DNA of 64,000 bases from the IMG/VR virus record IMGVR_UViG_3300027969_000094; one strand, 5' to 3'. Positions 36,781 through 47,171 of the stretch are shown piece after piece (position 1 is the first letter of the stretch; the number at the start of each line of letters is the position of its first letter). The translations under genes and the position numbers were made by a program. The notes below the pieces were generated by a model that saw only the letters and a program-made list of their open reading frames with translations, did not search any database and had not been told where the DNA came from. Source of the stretch: an uncultured virus (IMG/VR IMGVR_UViG_3300027969_000094) (taxonomy: Duplodnaviria > Heunggongvirae > Uroviricota > Caudoviricetes).

Positions 36781-38346
36781 TTACTTAGGGATGTATTTTC
36801 CTGCCTTTACTGCTGGGGCTTGTTTCTTTTTCCCAGTTCTATCTACTCTTACTTTATCCATCATGCCATGTAACTTTTTAGCGCCAGCGTTAGTAGAGCC
36901 ATTACCTAAGTGAGACACCACGTCAGCTGGGACTACAAACTCACCATCAGCTAATCGAGCAGGTTGTCTACCACTAATAGTAGCTGGGATATTATCGCTC
37001 ATGCCATCACCAGGTCCACTAAGTAAACGAGGATTACCACCTGCAGCGTAGCCACCTAAATTAGCTTGCATGATTCCACCACCAGCGGCTTGCCTTGTTG
37101 GCATGTTTAAAGCCCCCGCTTGGATACCCGCAGGAAGAGCAGCAACATCATAATTAGCTCGTTTACCAGTCTTTTTTAGTCTAGTTAGCGCCGCAGTATA
37201 AGGATCTTGGAGTCTAGTATCTATATCGCTGTCTTCAAAAGTACCTACTACTCCTGTATAGGGGTCAGCTTTACCACTAGGCAAACTACCACTTTTTTTA
37301 CCTTCAATCATCTCGTTGTACTTATCAAGCGTACCCGTCAAGTTACCACGATAGCGGCGAGGGGTATGAGTATCTTCTTCAACTTCCCCCTCATTAGCAA
37401 ACCTAGCAATACCCCCTTGCGCCATAGTTACACCAGAATACTCATTATTCATAGTTACTTCTGCGCTTACTGGCATTTGAGTTGGAGTAGCAAAATTGGT
37501 ACGTTCTTGCTGACTTTGTGGGTACATATTAGTATTACCGCCCAAAGCATTTGCACTCATTCGTTCTACAGGACCATTAATTTGCGTAATGCCACCCGCT
37601 GCATAACTAGGTTTATAGACGTTAGGCTGACTATACGGACCACCTTGGAAATTAGGCGAAAGACTATATTGATTCTTAAAAGTCTTTTTTTCTGGCATTT
37701 GTGCTGTTTTTTGATTAAAAGCGCCCATGGACTGTAGACCCATATAAGCACCAGCAGCTGTATAACCTTTATTTTCATTCATCCAACTTCCTACATCTTT
37801 AACACCTTGCAAGAACGGATTAGTCTCAGGAGTAGGTACATTAGACGGCGGAGGAATTTGTGTAGGTGCGTCAACAGGTCCAGTAGAATCGGCTGGTGAA
37901 AAGCCTTCAGCCTGTGTTGGCATATCAGACCAAGTCTGAGGACCAGAAGTTGGAGGCTGAACAGGTGGTTGAGTAGGTGGTTGAACAGGTGGTTGAGTAG
38001 GTGGTTGAGCAGGAGGCATAGGCTCAGCAGGGGGTGTTGGAGTAGACCCAGCAGGGGTAATTTGTTCTATGCCAGCAGGTGTCATTGGCTCAGCTGGAGG
38101 CGGGGTAACGCCAGGAGCGGCTTCTAAAATACCTGTAGCTTCGGGTACAAGTGTGCTAGTAGCTTCTGGTAAAACCGTAGCGGCAGTTTGAGTAAGAGCA
38201 GGGGCAGCTTCAGCAACTAATGCAGTGCTAGCGGTTTGGGCGGCGGCGGCTTCGGCAGCGGCGGTGGCAGCGGCAGCGGCAGCGGCTTCAGCGGCAGCAA
38301 TTTCGGCGGCGGTTAATGTGGCGGTTCCAGCGGCTACCCAAGTCAT
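36781..38346 (-). CDS. Internal virion protein with Ala- and Pro-rich N-terminus
   Basis: GPGDGMSDNIPA...ARLADGEFVVPADVVS motif; several xAxGG motifs. Confidence 0.65.
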   Translation of the reverse strand: MTWVAAGTATLTAAEIAAAEAAAAAAATAAAEAAAAQTASTALVAEAAPALTQTAATVLPEATSTLVPEATGILEAAPGVTPPPAEPMTPAGIEQITPAGSTPTPPAEPMPPAQPPTQPPVQPPTQPPVQPPTSGPQTWSDMPTQAEGFSPADSTGPVDAPTQIPPPSNVPTPETNPFLQGVKDVGSWMNENKGYTAAGAYMGLQSMGAFNQKTAQMPEKKTFKNQYSLSPNFQGGPYSQPNVYKPSYAAGGITQINGPVERMSANALGGNTNMYPQSQQERTNFATPTQMPVSAEVTMNNEYSGVTMAQGGIARFANEGEVEEDTHTPRRYRGNLTGTLDKYNEMIEGKKSGSLPSGKADPYTGVVGTFEDSDIDTRLQDPYTAALTRLKKTGKRANYDVAALPAGIQAGALNMPTRQAAGGGIMQANLGGYAAGGNPRLLSGPGDGMSDNIPATISGRQPARLADGEFVVPADVVSHLGNGSTNAGAKKLHGMMDKVRVDRTGKKKQAPAVKAGKYIPK

Positions 38347-38849
38347 AGTTTTTCTCCCTCAATCTTAACCAAATCATTGACAGATGCTATCAAGCCTAAA
38401 TCCCCATAATGCGGAGCTATAACTTCATCTTCAACTTTGTCTAAATTCTCTTCGCCCACATGGGCAGTTAAATGTATAGTTGTCCAGATAGTGTCTTCAT
38501 GGGCATAGACAGCCCTTTTTAACCCTATTTCTGATACAAACGTACAAGGTCCTTCTAAATCTTTCTTGCCAAATTCAGTAAACACCGTAACCTTACCCTT
38601 AGAGATAATGTTTAAGTGCTGATGTTTATGTATTTTACCTATAACTAGACTACCTTTGCGTAAAAGAATTTCTCTAGCGTAAGCACAACAGCCGTACTTC
38701 TCGTCTACTGGTGAAAAGTAATGCTTTAAAGGGCTATCATCTGGAATTATTTCTCCCGATGCAACCTTATCTTTAAGGCCCTGCTCAACCATTAAAACGT
38801 CATGTCTGAACTTTACCTTGTCAGGTGTGTTTTGTATAGCATTTGTCAT
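38343..38849 (-). CDS. Cupin-like protein
   Basis: YAREI...GKIHKHQHLNIISKG...KRAVYAHEDTIWTTIH; ATGA overlaps. Confidence 0.7.
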   Translation of the reverse strand: MTNAIQNTPDKVKFRHDVLMVEQGLKDKVASGEIIPDDSPLKHYFSPVDEKYGCCAYAREILLRKGSLVIGKIHKHQHLNIISKGKVTVFTEFGKKDLEGPCTFVSEIGLKRAVYAHEDTIWTTIHLTAHVGEENLDKVEDEVIAPHYGDLGLIASVNDLVKIEGEKL

Positions 38850-39202
38850 ACAGTTGTAACCGTTACGGTTCCTATTCTTCCTACAGCTTTTACCCCTGTA
38901 ATTGAGACAAAAACAGGTATTTTTACCTGCCCAGTTGCATCTACCCAATTCGTGCCGTTCCACCAAAAAGGAATACCAAGGCCAGGGCTAGTATCAAAGT
39001 ACATTTGCCCAATATGAAGACCTGTTCCAGGACGCTCTGCCGTAGTGCCTGATATTGGCTGGGCTGTAAATCCTGTAAAAGTATCTATCTGGTTAAAGTA
39101 AAGGCGTAGGGCATTATTAAGCTGATCTTGATAGCGCTGGTCATAATCTACGGGGGCAACTAATAGATTGGGCGCTTTAGAAGGACGTAAGCTAATAGCC
39201 AT
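38846..39202 (-). CDS. Virion-associated hypothetical protein
   Basis: GTTAERP...GQMYFDT...WWNGTNW motif typical of fibre proteins. Confidence 0.7.
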   Translation of the reverse strand: MAISLRPSKAPNLLVAPVDYDQRYQDQLNNALRLYFNQIDTFTGFTAQPISGTTAERPGTGLHIGQMYFDTSPGLGIPFWWNGTNWVDATGQVKIPVFVSITGVKAVGRIGTVTVTTV

Positions 39203-41406
39203 TAACGCCTACCGTCATTTCTAATATCAATACGAGGGCTACCCAACTGCCAGCTTACACCAAGCGTAGTGGACTCAATACGGAAAGCTAATTGGCGACC
39301 ACGCAAACGGGTATAAACCTGCCCAGTAAACTCTTGAACGTTGTAAACGCCTACATTAGTAAAGTTATCTGCACTAATAACCCTTGGGTTATCAGCTTGT
39401 CCGTAAGGAGTGCCTGAGTTTTGACGAGGTCTAACCGTCATAGTTACTTCTGGGTTATTTGTATTTGAGCCGTTAAAGTTAATATCAGGCAAAATGCGCC
39501 AAACAAAACCAAAGTTATGCCCATCGCCAATGTCAAAATCAGACGATTGAACATATGCGTTAATAGGTACTGGGGTTACACCAGACACGTCATCAACTGC
39601 TGATTCCTGAAACAAAATGCGAGAATTGTAATCTGCTGCCATTGGGTATTGGCGAATACCAGAATCAAGCCAAGCAGTCCTTGCCATAGAGCCGTAATAC
39701 CATACTCGATCAAGATAGTTATAGATGACATATTTATCAATTATATTTGAGTTACCAGAACAATAGAACCACCAAACTTCACTATACCCTTCATTACCGC
39801 CCGAAAAAATTTGAAAAGATTGGTCTTTATTAATATCGTTAAAAATATACTGCCACAGACTGCAAGGTAGTGTTTCTACTCGTCCAGAATACATATAGAA
39901 CTTATCTACACCCATCCAATACGTTACGTTGTTAATCGTAATCATAGAGTTAGGGGACATAACAGATATGTTATCCATCAATATTTGAAAACCCCAAATG
40001 TAAGGAGGTCCTAAGTACTGCATAGAATAAATAGCCGAATCAGTCCAAACTAAAATTTCTTGGCGAGTAGCCTTAGCTTGCATAATAAAAGAACCATTGG
40101 ACAAACGGAACTCACCTGCTTGGTTTGTTACTGCTGGAACCCATTCGTATGGATTTTCTTGGTCAGACCAACGCACAAGCATTGGATCAAAAGTGGTATT
40201 AGGGTCGCCAGGAAGATAAGAATTAGCTCCCATAGTAATAATAAAACGCTGAATAGCAGATGAAACTACTTGGTAAGTTTCAGTTGGAACATAATCCCCA
40301 TCATATCCAGCAGCAGTTGCTTGCGTTGCTAAAGATTGCGCTCTAGTTTCTAAACCTCCAGCAATAGAACTTGGATAAGTTTGCCCAGTGGGTATCCAGT
40401 AAAAAATACTACCTCCACGAGGAGCTATAAAAAGTTGCTCTCCATAGTTATCGTTAGACCAAAGACGAAGTTGTGTGCCAATACCCGTACTAAATTCAGT
40501 GCCCCATCCACGAGTACCAGTTTGGGCATACTCAGTTACCGTACCACCGCCAGAAACTGAAGCATTAGCATTAACTTGAACAGTTACAGTATAGGCATTA
40601 GCGTTAACTGTAGTTACATAAAACAAAGTATTTAAAAGAGGTGCTGAAATACCTCCAGTAGCCGTTGCATTACCAAAAATAACCGCTTGTCCGTTAGATA
40701 AGTTATGTGCAGTATGGGTTACAGTAACTACGTTACTTGTATTTGAAGTTGTAAATGGATCAGTTAAAACAGTAACTACACCGTTATCGGGCCAAGGTCC
40801 AGTACCCCATCCAACACCAACTGAATATACATTTAAGCCAATAGGTTGTTGATAAGCGGCTATAACGGTATTTCCACCGCCAGTATTGCTTGCATTAGCG
40901 GTAACAGATACTACTACTGTATAAGCTATTGTATTAACAGAGGAATTTACTTCGTATTCTTGGTTAAGAATAGTGCCTGTTACGTTGGTTCCTGTTACTG
41001 TATTAGCGCCAGAAAAAGTTACATAGTCACCAACACTAGGGCTATATTGTCCATCTATTACTGTTACAACATTTGAACCACTTGTAACAACAAAGCAATT
41101 ATCTAAAGCTGGGCTAGAGCTATAGACTACTGGGGTAATGTCGTAATAAACGCCCCCCTGCTCAACATAGTATTTTGTGTTTGTTCCAACTCCAAGGTAA
41201 TTTGAACCGCTAAGCGCAATCCAATTCCATAAAGACCGTGCCGTGCCTAAAAATTGAGCAGTAGCCATGCGTGTCCAGCCACCAATTTTTTCAGGAAAGC
41301 CAGAACGGAAACGAATTTTGTCTCCGTCATACCAACCGCCTTCGTTGGCGTAATCAGTACCTTCTCGATTAAGACCAGGTCTAAATTGTAATTTTTGTAA
41401 TGGCAT
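39202..41406 (-). CDS. Tail nozzle / tubular protein B-like structural protein
   Basis: 734 aa, beta-rich, VRWSDQE motif, position before ejection genes. Confidence 0.7.
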   Translation of the reverse strand: MPLQKLQFRPGLNREGTDYANEGGWYDGDKIRFRSGFPEKIGGWTRMATAQFLGTARSLWNWIALSGSNYLGVGTNTKYYVEQGGVYYDITPVVYSSSPALDNCFVVTSGSNVVTVIDGQYSPSVGDYVTFSGANTVTGTNVTGTILNQEYEVNSSVNTIAYTVVVSVTANASNTGGGNTVIAAYQQPIGLNVYSVGVGWGTGPWPDNGVVTVLTDPFTTSNTSNVVTVTHTAHNLSNGQAVIFGNATATGGISAPLLNTLFYVTTVNANAYTVTVQVNANASVSGGGTVTEYAQTGTRGWGTEFSTGIGTQLRLWSNDNYGEQLFIAPRGGSIFYWIPTGQTYPSSIAGGLETRAQSLATQATAAGYDGDYVPTETYQVVSSAIQRFIITMGANSYLPGDPNTTFDPMLVRWSDQENPYEWVPAVTNQAGEFRLSNGSFIMQAKATRQEILVWTDSAIYSMQYLGPPYIWGFQILMDNISVMSPNSMITINNVTYWMGVDKFYMYSGRVETLPCSLWQYIFNDINKDQSFQIFSGGNEGYSEVWWFYCSGNSNIIDKYVIYNYLDRVWYYGSMARTAWLDSGIRQYPMAADYNSRILFQESAVDDVSGVTPVPINAYVQSSDFDIGDGHNFGFVWRILPDINFNGSNTNNPEVTMTVRPRQNSGTPYGQADNPRVISADNFTNVGVYNVQEFTGQVYTRLRGRQLAFRIESTTLGVSWQLGSPRIDIRNDGRR

Positions 41407-41412
41407 ACGGGT

Positions 41413-42000
41413 TTACCCTAGTACTGACAATGCTTTAGAAATCTTGGCTTTACGGTCATCTAAACCAATTAAGCCTCCATTAATACGTTTAGTCATTGTC
41501 TCAATATCTGAGGCATCTGCCAAGCTGTTTAAGCCTTTCTTGTTCCAAAACCATCCTGCTGATAGAGCAGCATATCGTGGATCCAGCAATAGAGTAGGGT
41601 CAGCAAGAAGATCAACACCAATACCCAGTCCGCAGTGTTCATAGTTCTCCTTGCCAGTTAGCTGGATAAGTCCTCTGCCTAAAAATTTAGCAGCCTCTTC
41701 CTCGCTGGTATTGCCTAAGCGCCCGTTGTAAACCTTACCAGCAATCTTAGCTGGTTGACGTGCATATTGGTCTGCAATCTCTTTAGTAGCAAAACGGCTG
41801 GGCCAAGTCTTCATTAGACCTTCAGCGCTATAGTTCAAGTTCTCTTGCAGGGTTTTAAAGTTCCCAGACTCGTGAGCGCATTGACCCATAAAGCAAGCCT
41901 GACGAACAGGCGTAGAAATATCGTATTTAACAAAGGCTTCTTCCAAAGGTGCAAGCCATTTATGGTCAATACCTAAAGCATCTAATTGGTCATACGTCAT
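41413..42000 (-). CDS. Glycoside hydrolase family 19 endolysin
   Basis: AHESG...ENLNYS, GRGLIQLTGKENY, TKRINGG. Confidence 0.9.
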   Translation of the reverse strand: MTYDQLDALGIDHKWLAPLEEAFVKYDISTPVRQACFMGQCAHESGNFKTLQENLNYSAEGLMKTWPSRFATKEIADQYARQPAKIAGKVYNGRLGNTSEEEAAKFLGRGLIQLTGKENYEHCGLGIGVDLLADPTLLLDPRYAALSAGWFWNKKGLNSLADASDIETMTKRINGGLIGLDDRKAKISKALSVLG

Positions 42001-42398
42001 TCTTTTTTAGCTTTCATATCCATGATCTTCTCAAGGGTACGACCCCCGAAATAGAAAGACATAATGAGCATACCCCATTGCCCAAGCAGTTCTACATAAT
42101 TGTTGTTTACCTCAATATCCCACGCAGACATCATGGCAAAGGTTGAATAGACAACCAATATAAATACAAGGGTGGCAGGTCGGATGTTCTTGGATAGCGT
42201 AGAGTCAGAAGCCATGTCAGCTTGCTGCCTTTTAGTAAGTTCTTGCTGCTCTGCAGTATCCGCTGCAATTCTAGCCAGCTCACCGTTCTGTTGCATCTCT
42301 AACAGCTTGAGTTTGGCTTGCTCTGCTTGTGCTGGGTCAGGAAAGACTTTATCTAGAATCTTACCGCCAATATTTAGTAATGCGTCTAATGGAAACAT
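41997..42398 (-). CDS. Holin (GTA-type 3TM holin-like)
   Basis: KNIRP, two TM segments, FYFGGRTLEK; next to endolysin. Confidence 0.75.
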   Translation of the reverse strand: MFPLDALLNIGGKILDKVFPDPAQAEQAKLKLLEMQQNGELARIAADTAEQQELTKRQQADMASDSTLSKNIRPATLVFILVVYSTFAMMSAWDIEVNNNYVELLGQWGMLIMSFYFGGRTLEKIMDMKAKKE

Positions 42399-42664
42399 TA
42401 TTTTCTTCCCTTTTCTCGTTCTTCAAGTAATTGCACTTTAACTTGTAATTGGTGAATATCTTTATAAATTTCTTCTTTAAGTTTATGCCTTGCTTCAGCA
42501 GAAAGTGGAGAATCAGTTGGTACATTTTCCTTAGTAATTAAAGCTGGCATCTGCCCTTCAATCTTGGTAAGCCGTGTAGAAAAGTCTGATACTTGACCTA
42601 ATAACCAAGCCAAACACGCTACAACAATTGGTAATACAGCTTTTAAAATGTCTTGGATATTCAT
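42398..42664 (-). CDS. Membrane-anchored coiled-coil protein
   Basis: N-terminal TM segment; in lysis cluster. Confidence 0.65.
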   Translation of the reverse strand: MNIQDILKAVLPIVVACLAWLLGQVSDFSTRLTKIEGQMPALITKENVPTDSPLSAEARHKLKEEIYKDIHQLQVKVQLLEEREKGRK

Positions 42665-43113
42665 TATTTATAACCCCATGTTAAATACCATGCAATAACG
42701 GCAGCTGCTGCAACGCAATAAAACTGTACCCGTCTAACTGCTTTTAAATCATGCTTGTATTCTTCATTGTCTTTGCGCTCCATGTTCTCAATATCCAGCT
42801 TAATCTTTAATACTGCTTCCCACTCTTTAGCACCATGCTTTTTAACAAAATCAATCTTTAGTTTTGCTTCTTCATCGGAGATTTGCTTCTTATGTTGCCA
42901 TGACTCTAAAGCCTTGATTAATGCTCTTTCCTTCTTAAACTCTGCTTCCCGCCTTGCCCTAATGCGTTCATTAGCTTGTTTCTGCGCTACATCTACTGCA
43001 TCGTGCTGGGCATCTTCAATACTTTTAGACAGCCCTTTAGTAGCCTCTCTAGTTGCATCAAGGCTACCGCTAAGAGTTTTTACTCCTTCGGATATTCCGT
43101 AAGGGTCTGCCAT
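42664..43113 (-). CDS. Coiled-coil protein with C-terminal TM segment
   Basis: ORF coupled to neighbours. Confidence 0.65.
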   Translation of the reverse strand: MADPYGISEGVKTLSGSLDATREATKGLSKSIEDAQHDAVDVAQKQANERIRARREAEFKKERALIKALESWQHKKQISDEEAKLKIDFVKKHGAKEWEAVLKIKLDIENMERKDNEEYKHDLKAVRRVQFYCVAAAAVIAWYLTWGYK

Positions 43114-43116
43114 ACA

Positions 43117-43326
43117 TCAGAGCGTAGCCCCACCAGAAGATAGATTAGCTACCACAATAGCTACGTGCTGTTCTGGCTCATCTAAATGATGTCCACAATC
43201 GCCACATACTTTCATAGCTAGTTCGGTCTCGTCCACATCGCGGCTGCAACTAGGACAGTAAATTTCAATGGTATGGCGTGGCTTAAATTCACCCGCTTCA
43301 ATAGTGTCTTGAATAGTCTTAATCAT
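43117..43326 (-). CDS. Small zinc-ribbon protein
   Basis: CPSC...CGDC; GGAG RBS. Confidence 0.65.
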   Translation of the reverse strand: MIKTIQDTIEAGEFKPRHTIEIYCPSCSRDVDETELAMKVCGDCGHHLDEPEQHVAIVVANLSSGGATL

Positions 43327-43335
43327 TATCGCTCC

Positions 43336-43914
43336 TTAAAATTCAGTCCAGCCTGTAACAACATATTTTTCATTGCTTAATGGTGGGTTGCCTCTATGGG
43401 TATGGGTAAACGCAGCGGGCCAAATAAGTAACGTACCTTGTTTTGGTTTAACTCGCATACTTTGATACAAAAATTCAGTTTCGCCACCTTCTTCTACATC
43501 GTTTAAATAAACCATCCAAGTAAGCAAACGAGTACACATTTCTCTATTAGGAGACTCATAATGCCAAATATGATATCCTTCTCGCAAACCTGTTTTTTGC
43601 ATTTTAAAAGAATAGTTACTATGTTTTCCTGAATTTTTTAATGATGCAAATTCTTTTTCGTATATTGGATAACATTTACCCCAAAACGTTTCATTAAAAA
43701 GAGCTATGTTTTGTATTGGTATTTGAATGTTTTCTAACGAACTAAATAATTGAGTGTCAGCTTTTTCCAATTTAGAATAGGGTTCTTCGTCTTGACGAGT
43801 GCGACCATAACCAGCTTGTACAGCAGTGTCATAATTTTTAATTAAATTTTCACAATATTCTTTAGAAAAAGCATTTTCAAAAATACCAACAAATTTATTT
43901 ATTGTTACATTCAT
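43336..43914 (-). CDS. 2OG-Fe(II) oxygenase (HxE variant)
   Basis: WHYE...YLNDVEEGGETEF...HTHRG...KY. Confidence 0.85.
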   Translation of the reverse strand: MNVTINKFVGIFENAFSKEYCENLIKNYDTAVQAGYGRTRQDEEPYSKLEKADTQLFSSLENIQIPIQNIALFNETFWGKCYPIYEKEFASLKNSGKHSNYSFKMQKTGLREGYHIWHYESPNREMCTRLLTWMVYLNDVEEGGETEFLYQSMRVKPKQGTLLIWPAAFTHTHRGNPPLSNEKYVVTGWTEF

Positions 43915-44495
43915 TTCCATTTTGGACCCGCCATCCAACACACTGCACTATAACGAACACCCCTTGTTACTGGAGTAACTTGATGAGCCATAAATGATGG
44001 AAACACAATAATAGTTCCTTGTTTTTTTGTTTTTATTGTTTCATTTAGCATTAATAAATCACCACCTTCATACTCCGATTCATCATTAAGTAACAATGAA
44101 GCGCTTATTTTTCTTTGCGATAGCATAGGGACAATAATTCCACCGCCGTTGCCAGTAGCTATTACATCACCACCTTTAATATAGCAATCAATGTGCTGTT
44201 CATAAAATTGATTTTTTTCATATTTTGCTATTTGCACAATTTCAGGTTCAGTAATATCAAAATTCCATAAAGCTTCTTGATTTGCTTGAATAATAAATCG
44301 AGAAATAATACATTCAATTAAACTGTTTTTTGAATCCCATTGAATTTCAGTATTTCTTATTTTTCGGTCTATGCGCTCTTGATTGTCAGTTCCAACTTTT
44401 GCAGAACTAAAAGGTTGATTTTCAAATTGTTTAATTATGGATTGACATATTTCAGGTGATACTGCAGCCTCATAAGTCATATAAGTATGTTTCAT
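43911..44495 (-). CDS. 2OG-Fe(II) oxygenase (prolyl-hydroxylase/PKHD-like)
   Basis: HID...RKIS...YEGG...FPS...HQVTPV..GVRYS. Confidence 0.9.
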   Translation of the reverse strand: MKHTYMTYEAAVSPEICQSIIKQFENQPFSSAKVGTDNQERIDRKIRNTEIQWDSKNSLIECIISRFIIQANQEALWNFDITEPEIVQIAKYEKNQFYEQHIDCYIKGGDVIATGNGGGIIVPMLSQRKISASLLLNDESEYEGGDLLMLNETIKTKKQGTIIVFPSFMAHQVTPVTRGVRYSAVCWMAGPKWK

Positions 44496-45043
44496 CTTTT
44501 TACTCCGTCAAAGCAATGATTGGCATACATACCTTCACTTCTTACATAATGTAAAAATACTTGCCCATATTCTTTTCCAGCAAAAACATCTTCGCGCCAA
44601 TGCTCAGATATACATCCTAAATAAATTACAGCTTCCCCAACCTTTAAGTCTTTTAAAACAATAGAACCATCAGGTTTCGTAAAACATAGATTCCAAGGAA
44701 TTTCATCATTACTAAGATTTACAGTTACGCTAATTTCGCAAGAGGGTCTGTCTGTATGCTTTGTTAACTCTGCTCCATTTTTATATATCCTAGCAAAAGT
44801 GTATGTTGGCAATAGCTTTTCGCCAACTAACTCATTCATGTGTGCAGTTTTTTCACACATTAACGCAACAAAAGGCACATAGTTAAGGACTGAATCAGCA
44901 TTGCTAACTTGTTTATCTTCATAACAAATGTTTGGATATAACTGTATTTGTTTTTTAAAATTTTTAAATAAATTGTTAGCTTCTTGTTTTGTTATAAATT
45001 CAGGTACAAACAAATAATTGTTATTTAAAAGTTCTTGCTTCAT
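44492..45043 (-). CDS. 2OG-Fe(II) oxygenase-like protein
   Basis: RIY..G..L.KHTDRPSCEIS...HWR...QVFLHY. Confidence 0.8.
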   Translation of the reverse strand: MKQELLNNNYLFVPEFITKQEANNLFKNFKKQIQLYPNICYEDKQVSNADSVLNYVPFVALMCEKTAHMNELVGEKLLPTYTFARIYKNGAELTKHTDRPSCEISVTVNLSNDEIPWNLCFTKPDGSIVLKDLKVGEAVIYLGCISEHWREDVFAGKEYGQVFLHYVRSEGMYANHCFDGVKR

Positions 45044-45444
45044 TAAGCAGTTGTCCAAACTTCGGTTGGGTTTATGGGCCAGCTAATATTTCCAGCTATA
45101 GGAGTAATTGCGTACTGCCGCACAGCGTTACGATACGTAACAAAATCTTGAACGTTGCTTAAATAAGGATTGCTTTTTGTTGGATCCCCAACATCGGGAA
45201 TAGTAGTCCAATCCGTGCTTTGTAATTTAATTATTGCAGTCTGTTTGTTTTGTTCTGCTGTAGGTGGAACAGGTTCAGGTTGGGGAACGGGGGTAAACTG
45301 TCCGTTACTATATGTATAGTTGCCAGCAGTTATATCATCAGGGCAGTCCACCCATTGATGAGCAGGATCAACAGGAAACGTTTGACCCAACGGCTCAACT
45401 TGAACGACTAAAGTGGATGGAGTATCGATTAATGCATTTTTCAT
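45043..45444 (-). CDS. Tail fibre assembly chaperone-like protein
   Basis: WVDCPDD...L..TDWT...YR.A.R...WP pattern; follows fibre gene. Confidence 0.7.
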   Translation of the reverse strand: MKNALIDTPSTLVVQVEPLGQTFPVDPAHQWVDCPDDITAGNYTYSNGQFTPVPQPEPVPPTAEQNKQTAIIKLQSTDWTTIPDVGDPTKSNPYLSNVQDFVTYRNAVRQYAITPIAGNISWPINPTEVWTTA

Positions 45445-45453
45445 AATTACTCC

Positions 45454-46056
45454 TTAATAATAAACAAGAACTTTTCCTGGATTACCAACATTACCAGGGT
45501 TAGCGCCACCTGGACCAGGGCTAGCGCCTGTAGTTTCACTTCCAGTTGTCCATAAGACAGGCTGATAAAGAGGTGAGCCACTTATTGTTAGTTGTGCTAA
45601 AGGTGAACTACCACCATTGCCTGGATTTCCTGGCTCGCCATTACCCAAACCACCATTACCACCATTACCACCATTTGCAGTTAACAAATTTCCAAAAGAA
45701 CTTGCACCGCCAGCGCCGCCTGCATTTCCAAAGTTGGCATTATTGCCACGATTACCGCCGTTTCCAACAGTAACTGTGTAAGCTGTGCTTGCAGTAGTTG
45801 TGTAGTAACCAGCGCCGACAATTCCTGTACCGCCGCCGCCGCCATAAGACTGTGAGGGTGAACCGCCACCAGAGCCGCCACCTGCGCCACCTACAACAAC
45901 ATAGACTCTTGTGACATTTCCTGGGGTTGTAAAAGTACCAGAGGTGTTAAAAGTTTGTACTGATGAAATGCCACCGCCCGCCGAACCAGGGAAAGCAGTA
46001 TTCTGAGTTGTTGCATCGTTAAAAACTATATTAGTTCCGTTTACTGTTACTGACAT
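45454..46056 (-). CDS. Glycine-rich tail fibre tip/adhesin protein
   Basis: FNTSGTFT.P...GAGGGSGGG..., polyglycine stretches. Confidence 0.7.
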   Translation of the reverse strand: MSVTVNGTNIVFNDATTQNTAFPGSAGGGISSVQTFNTSGTFTTPGNVTRVYVVVGGAGGGSGGGSPSQSYGGGGGTGIVGAGYYTTTASTAYTVTVGNGGNRGNNANFGNAGGAGGASSFGNLLTANGGNGGNGGLGNGEPGNPGNGGSSPLAQLTISGSPLYQPVLWTTGSETTGASPGPGGANPGNVGNPGKVLVYY

Positions 46057-46121
46057 TTTTTGCTCCTATAAATTAAACACTATTACCGCTACTTAACTTG
46101 TCTTGAATGGTTTTAGTCATA

Positions 46122-47162
46122 TTATGCTTTCATAATATATGCAAGAGCATAATATGGAGGCAGGTTAGCATTTGTGCCAGACGAACCAGCAGCAGCAACA
46201 GTAGTTGTAATATTTGCGTTGCCTGTAGCAGTTGTTCCGCTTGTTGTTTGAATGTAATCAGGAATACTACCAGCAGCATTATTTGGTGATAATGATGGAG
46301 CTGTATAGCCATGCGTATGCCCTGCATCAGTAGAGGTTGCTGTATGAGTATGTGTTACTACAATTGCATTTGCTGAACCACCTGTTGCGGCTACGGCATA
46401 AGTAGAGCCAGCGCCAACAACAAATCTATCTCTTAAGTCTGGAGTTCCGCTTGAACCATCACATAGCAGCCAACCACTAGGTATAGAAGCAATAGAGCCA
46501 GACCACAAAATAATAGCGCCAGATGGGATTCCATTAGCTAAAGCAAAAGCTGTAGTTGCTATTTGTGCTGTATTTGTTCCAGCGGCTGCATTTGGAGCTA
46601 AAGGAATTCCAGTAAGCGTAGGAGAAGCAGATAACACCATATTCCCTGTGCCAGTAACCGCATTAGCTAGCGAGACTCCACCGTAGTTCAAAGCGCTAGA
46701 CAAAGTTGTAGCACCAGACAAAGTTGTAGTCCCAGCTACCGTAAAGTTACCAGCTGTTCCAGATAGTCCAGAATAAAAATTTGTACCGTTGCAATAAACA
46801 AGTGTTGTAGCACCATTAGGAATATTTACACCTGTACCAGAAACTCCAATAACCCGAATATCGTACCCACCTGTAGTATTGTTTACGATGGTGTACATTT
46901 TTTCCACAACTGGCGGTATTAAGTCACGAACAGCATTATTTGCACCAGTAACCACTATAACTGCATTTCTAGCTTCGTCTGATACACCGTTAAAACTAGT
47001 AAGGGTGTAATTGGCATCCGCCATATTGACTGTAACAACACCAGTAATAGCTTGTTCCAGCAAAGTACCTAAGTTAGTATTGGTAGTCTGACCCCAAATA
47101 CCCGCTTGATCTCCGTCCCCAATTAGGGTAATTTTTAAACTAGTTGAATATGTACTTGCCAT
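46122..47162 (-). CDS. Tail fibre protein with tail-collar domain
   Basis: IPSGAIILWSG...GWLLCDG..TPDLRDRFVVG...NLPPYYALAYIMK. Confidence 0.8.
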   Translation of the reverse strand: MASTYSTSLKITLIGDGDQAGIWGQTTNTNLGTLLEQAITGVVTVNMADANYTLTSFNGVSDEARNAVIVVTGANNAVRDLIPPVVEKMYTIVNNTTGGYDIRVIGVSGTGVNIPNGATTLVYCNGTNFYSGLSGTAGNFTVAGTTTLSGATTLSSALNYGGVSLANAVTGTGNMVLSASPTLTGIPLAPNAAAGTNTAQIATTAFALANGIPSGAIILWSGSIASIPSGWLLCDGSSGTPDLRDRFVVGAGSTYAVAATGGSANAIVVTHTHTATSTDAGHTHGYTAPSLSPNNAAGSIPDYIQTTSGTTATGNANITTTVAAAGSSGTNANLPPYYALAYIMKA

Positions 47163-47171
47163 AATTTATCC

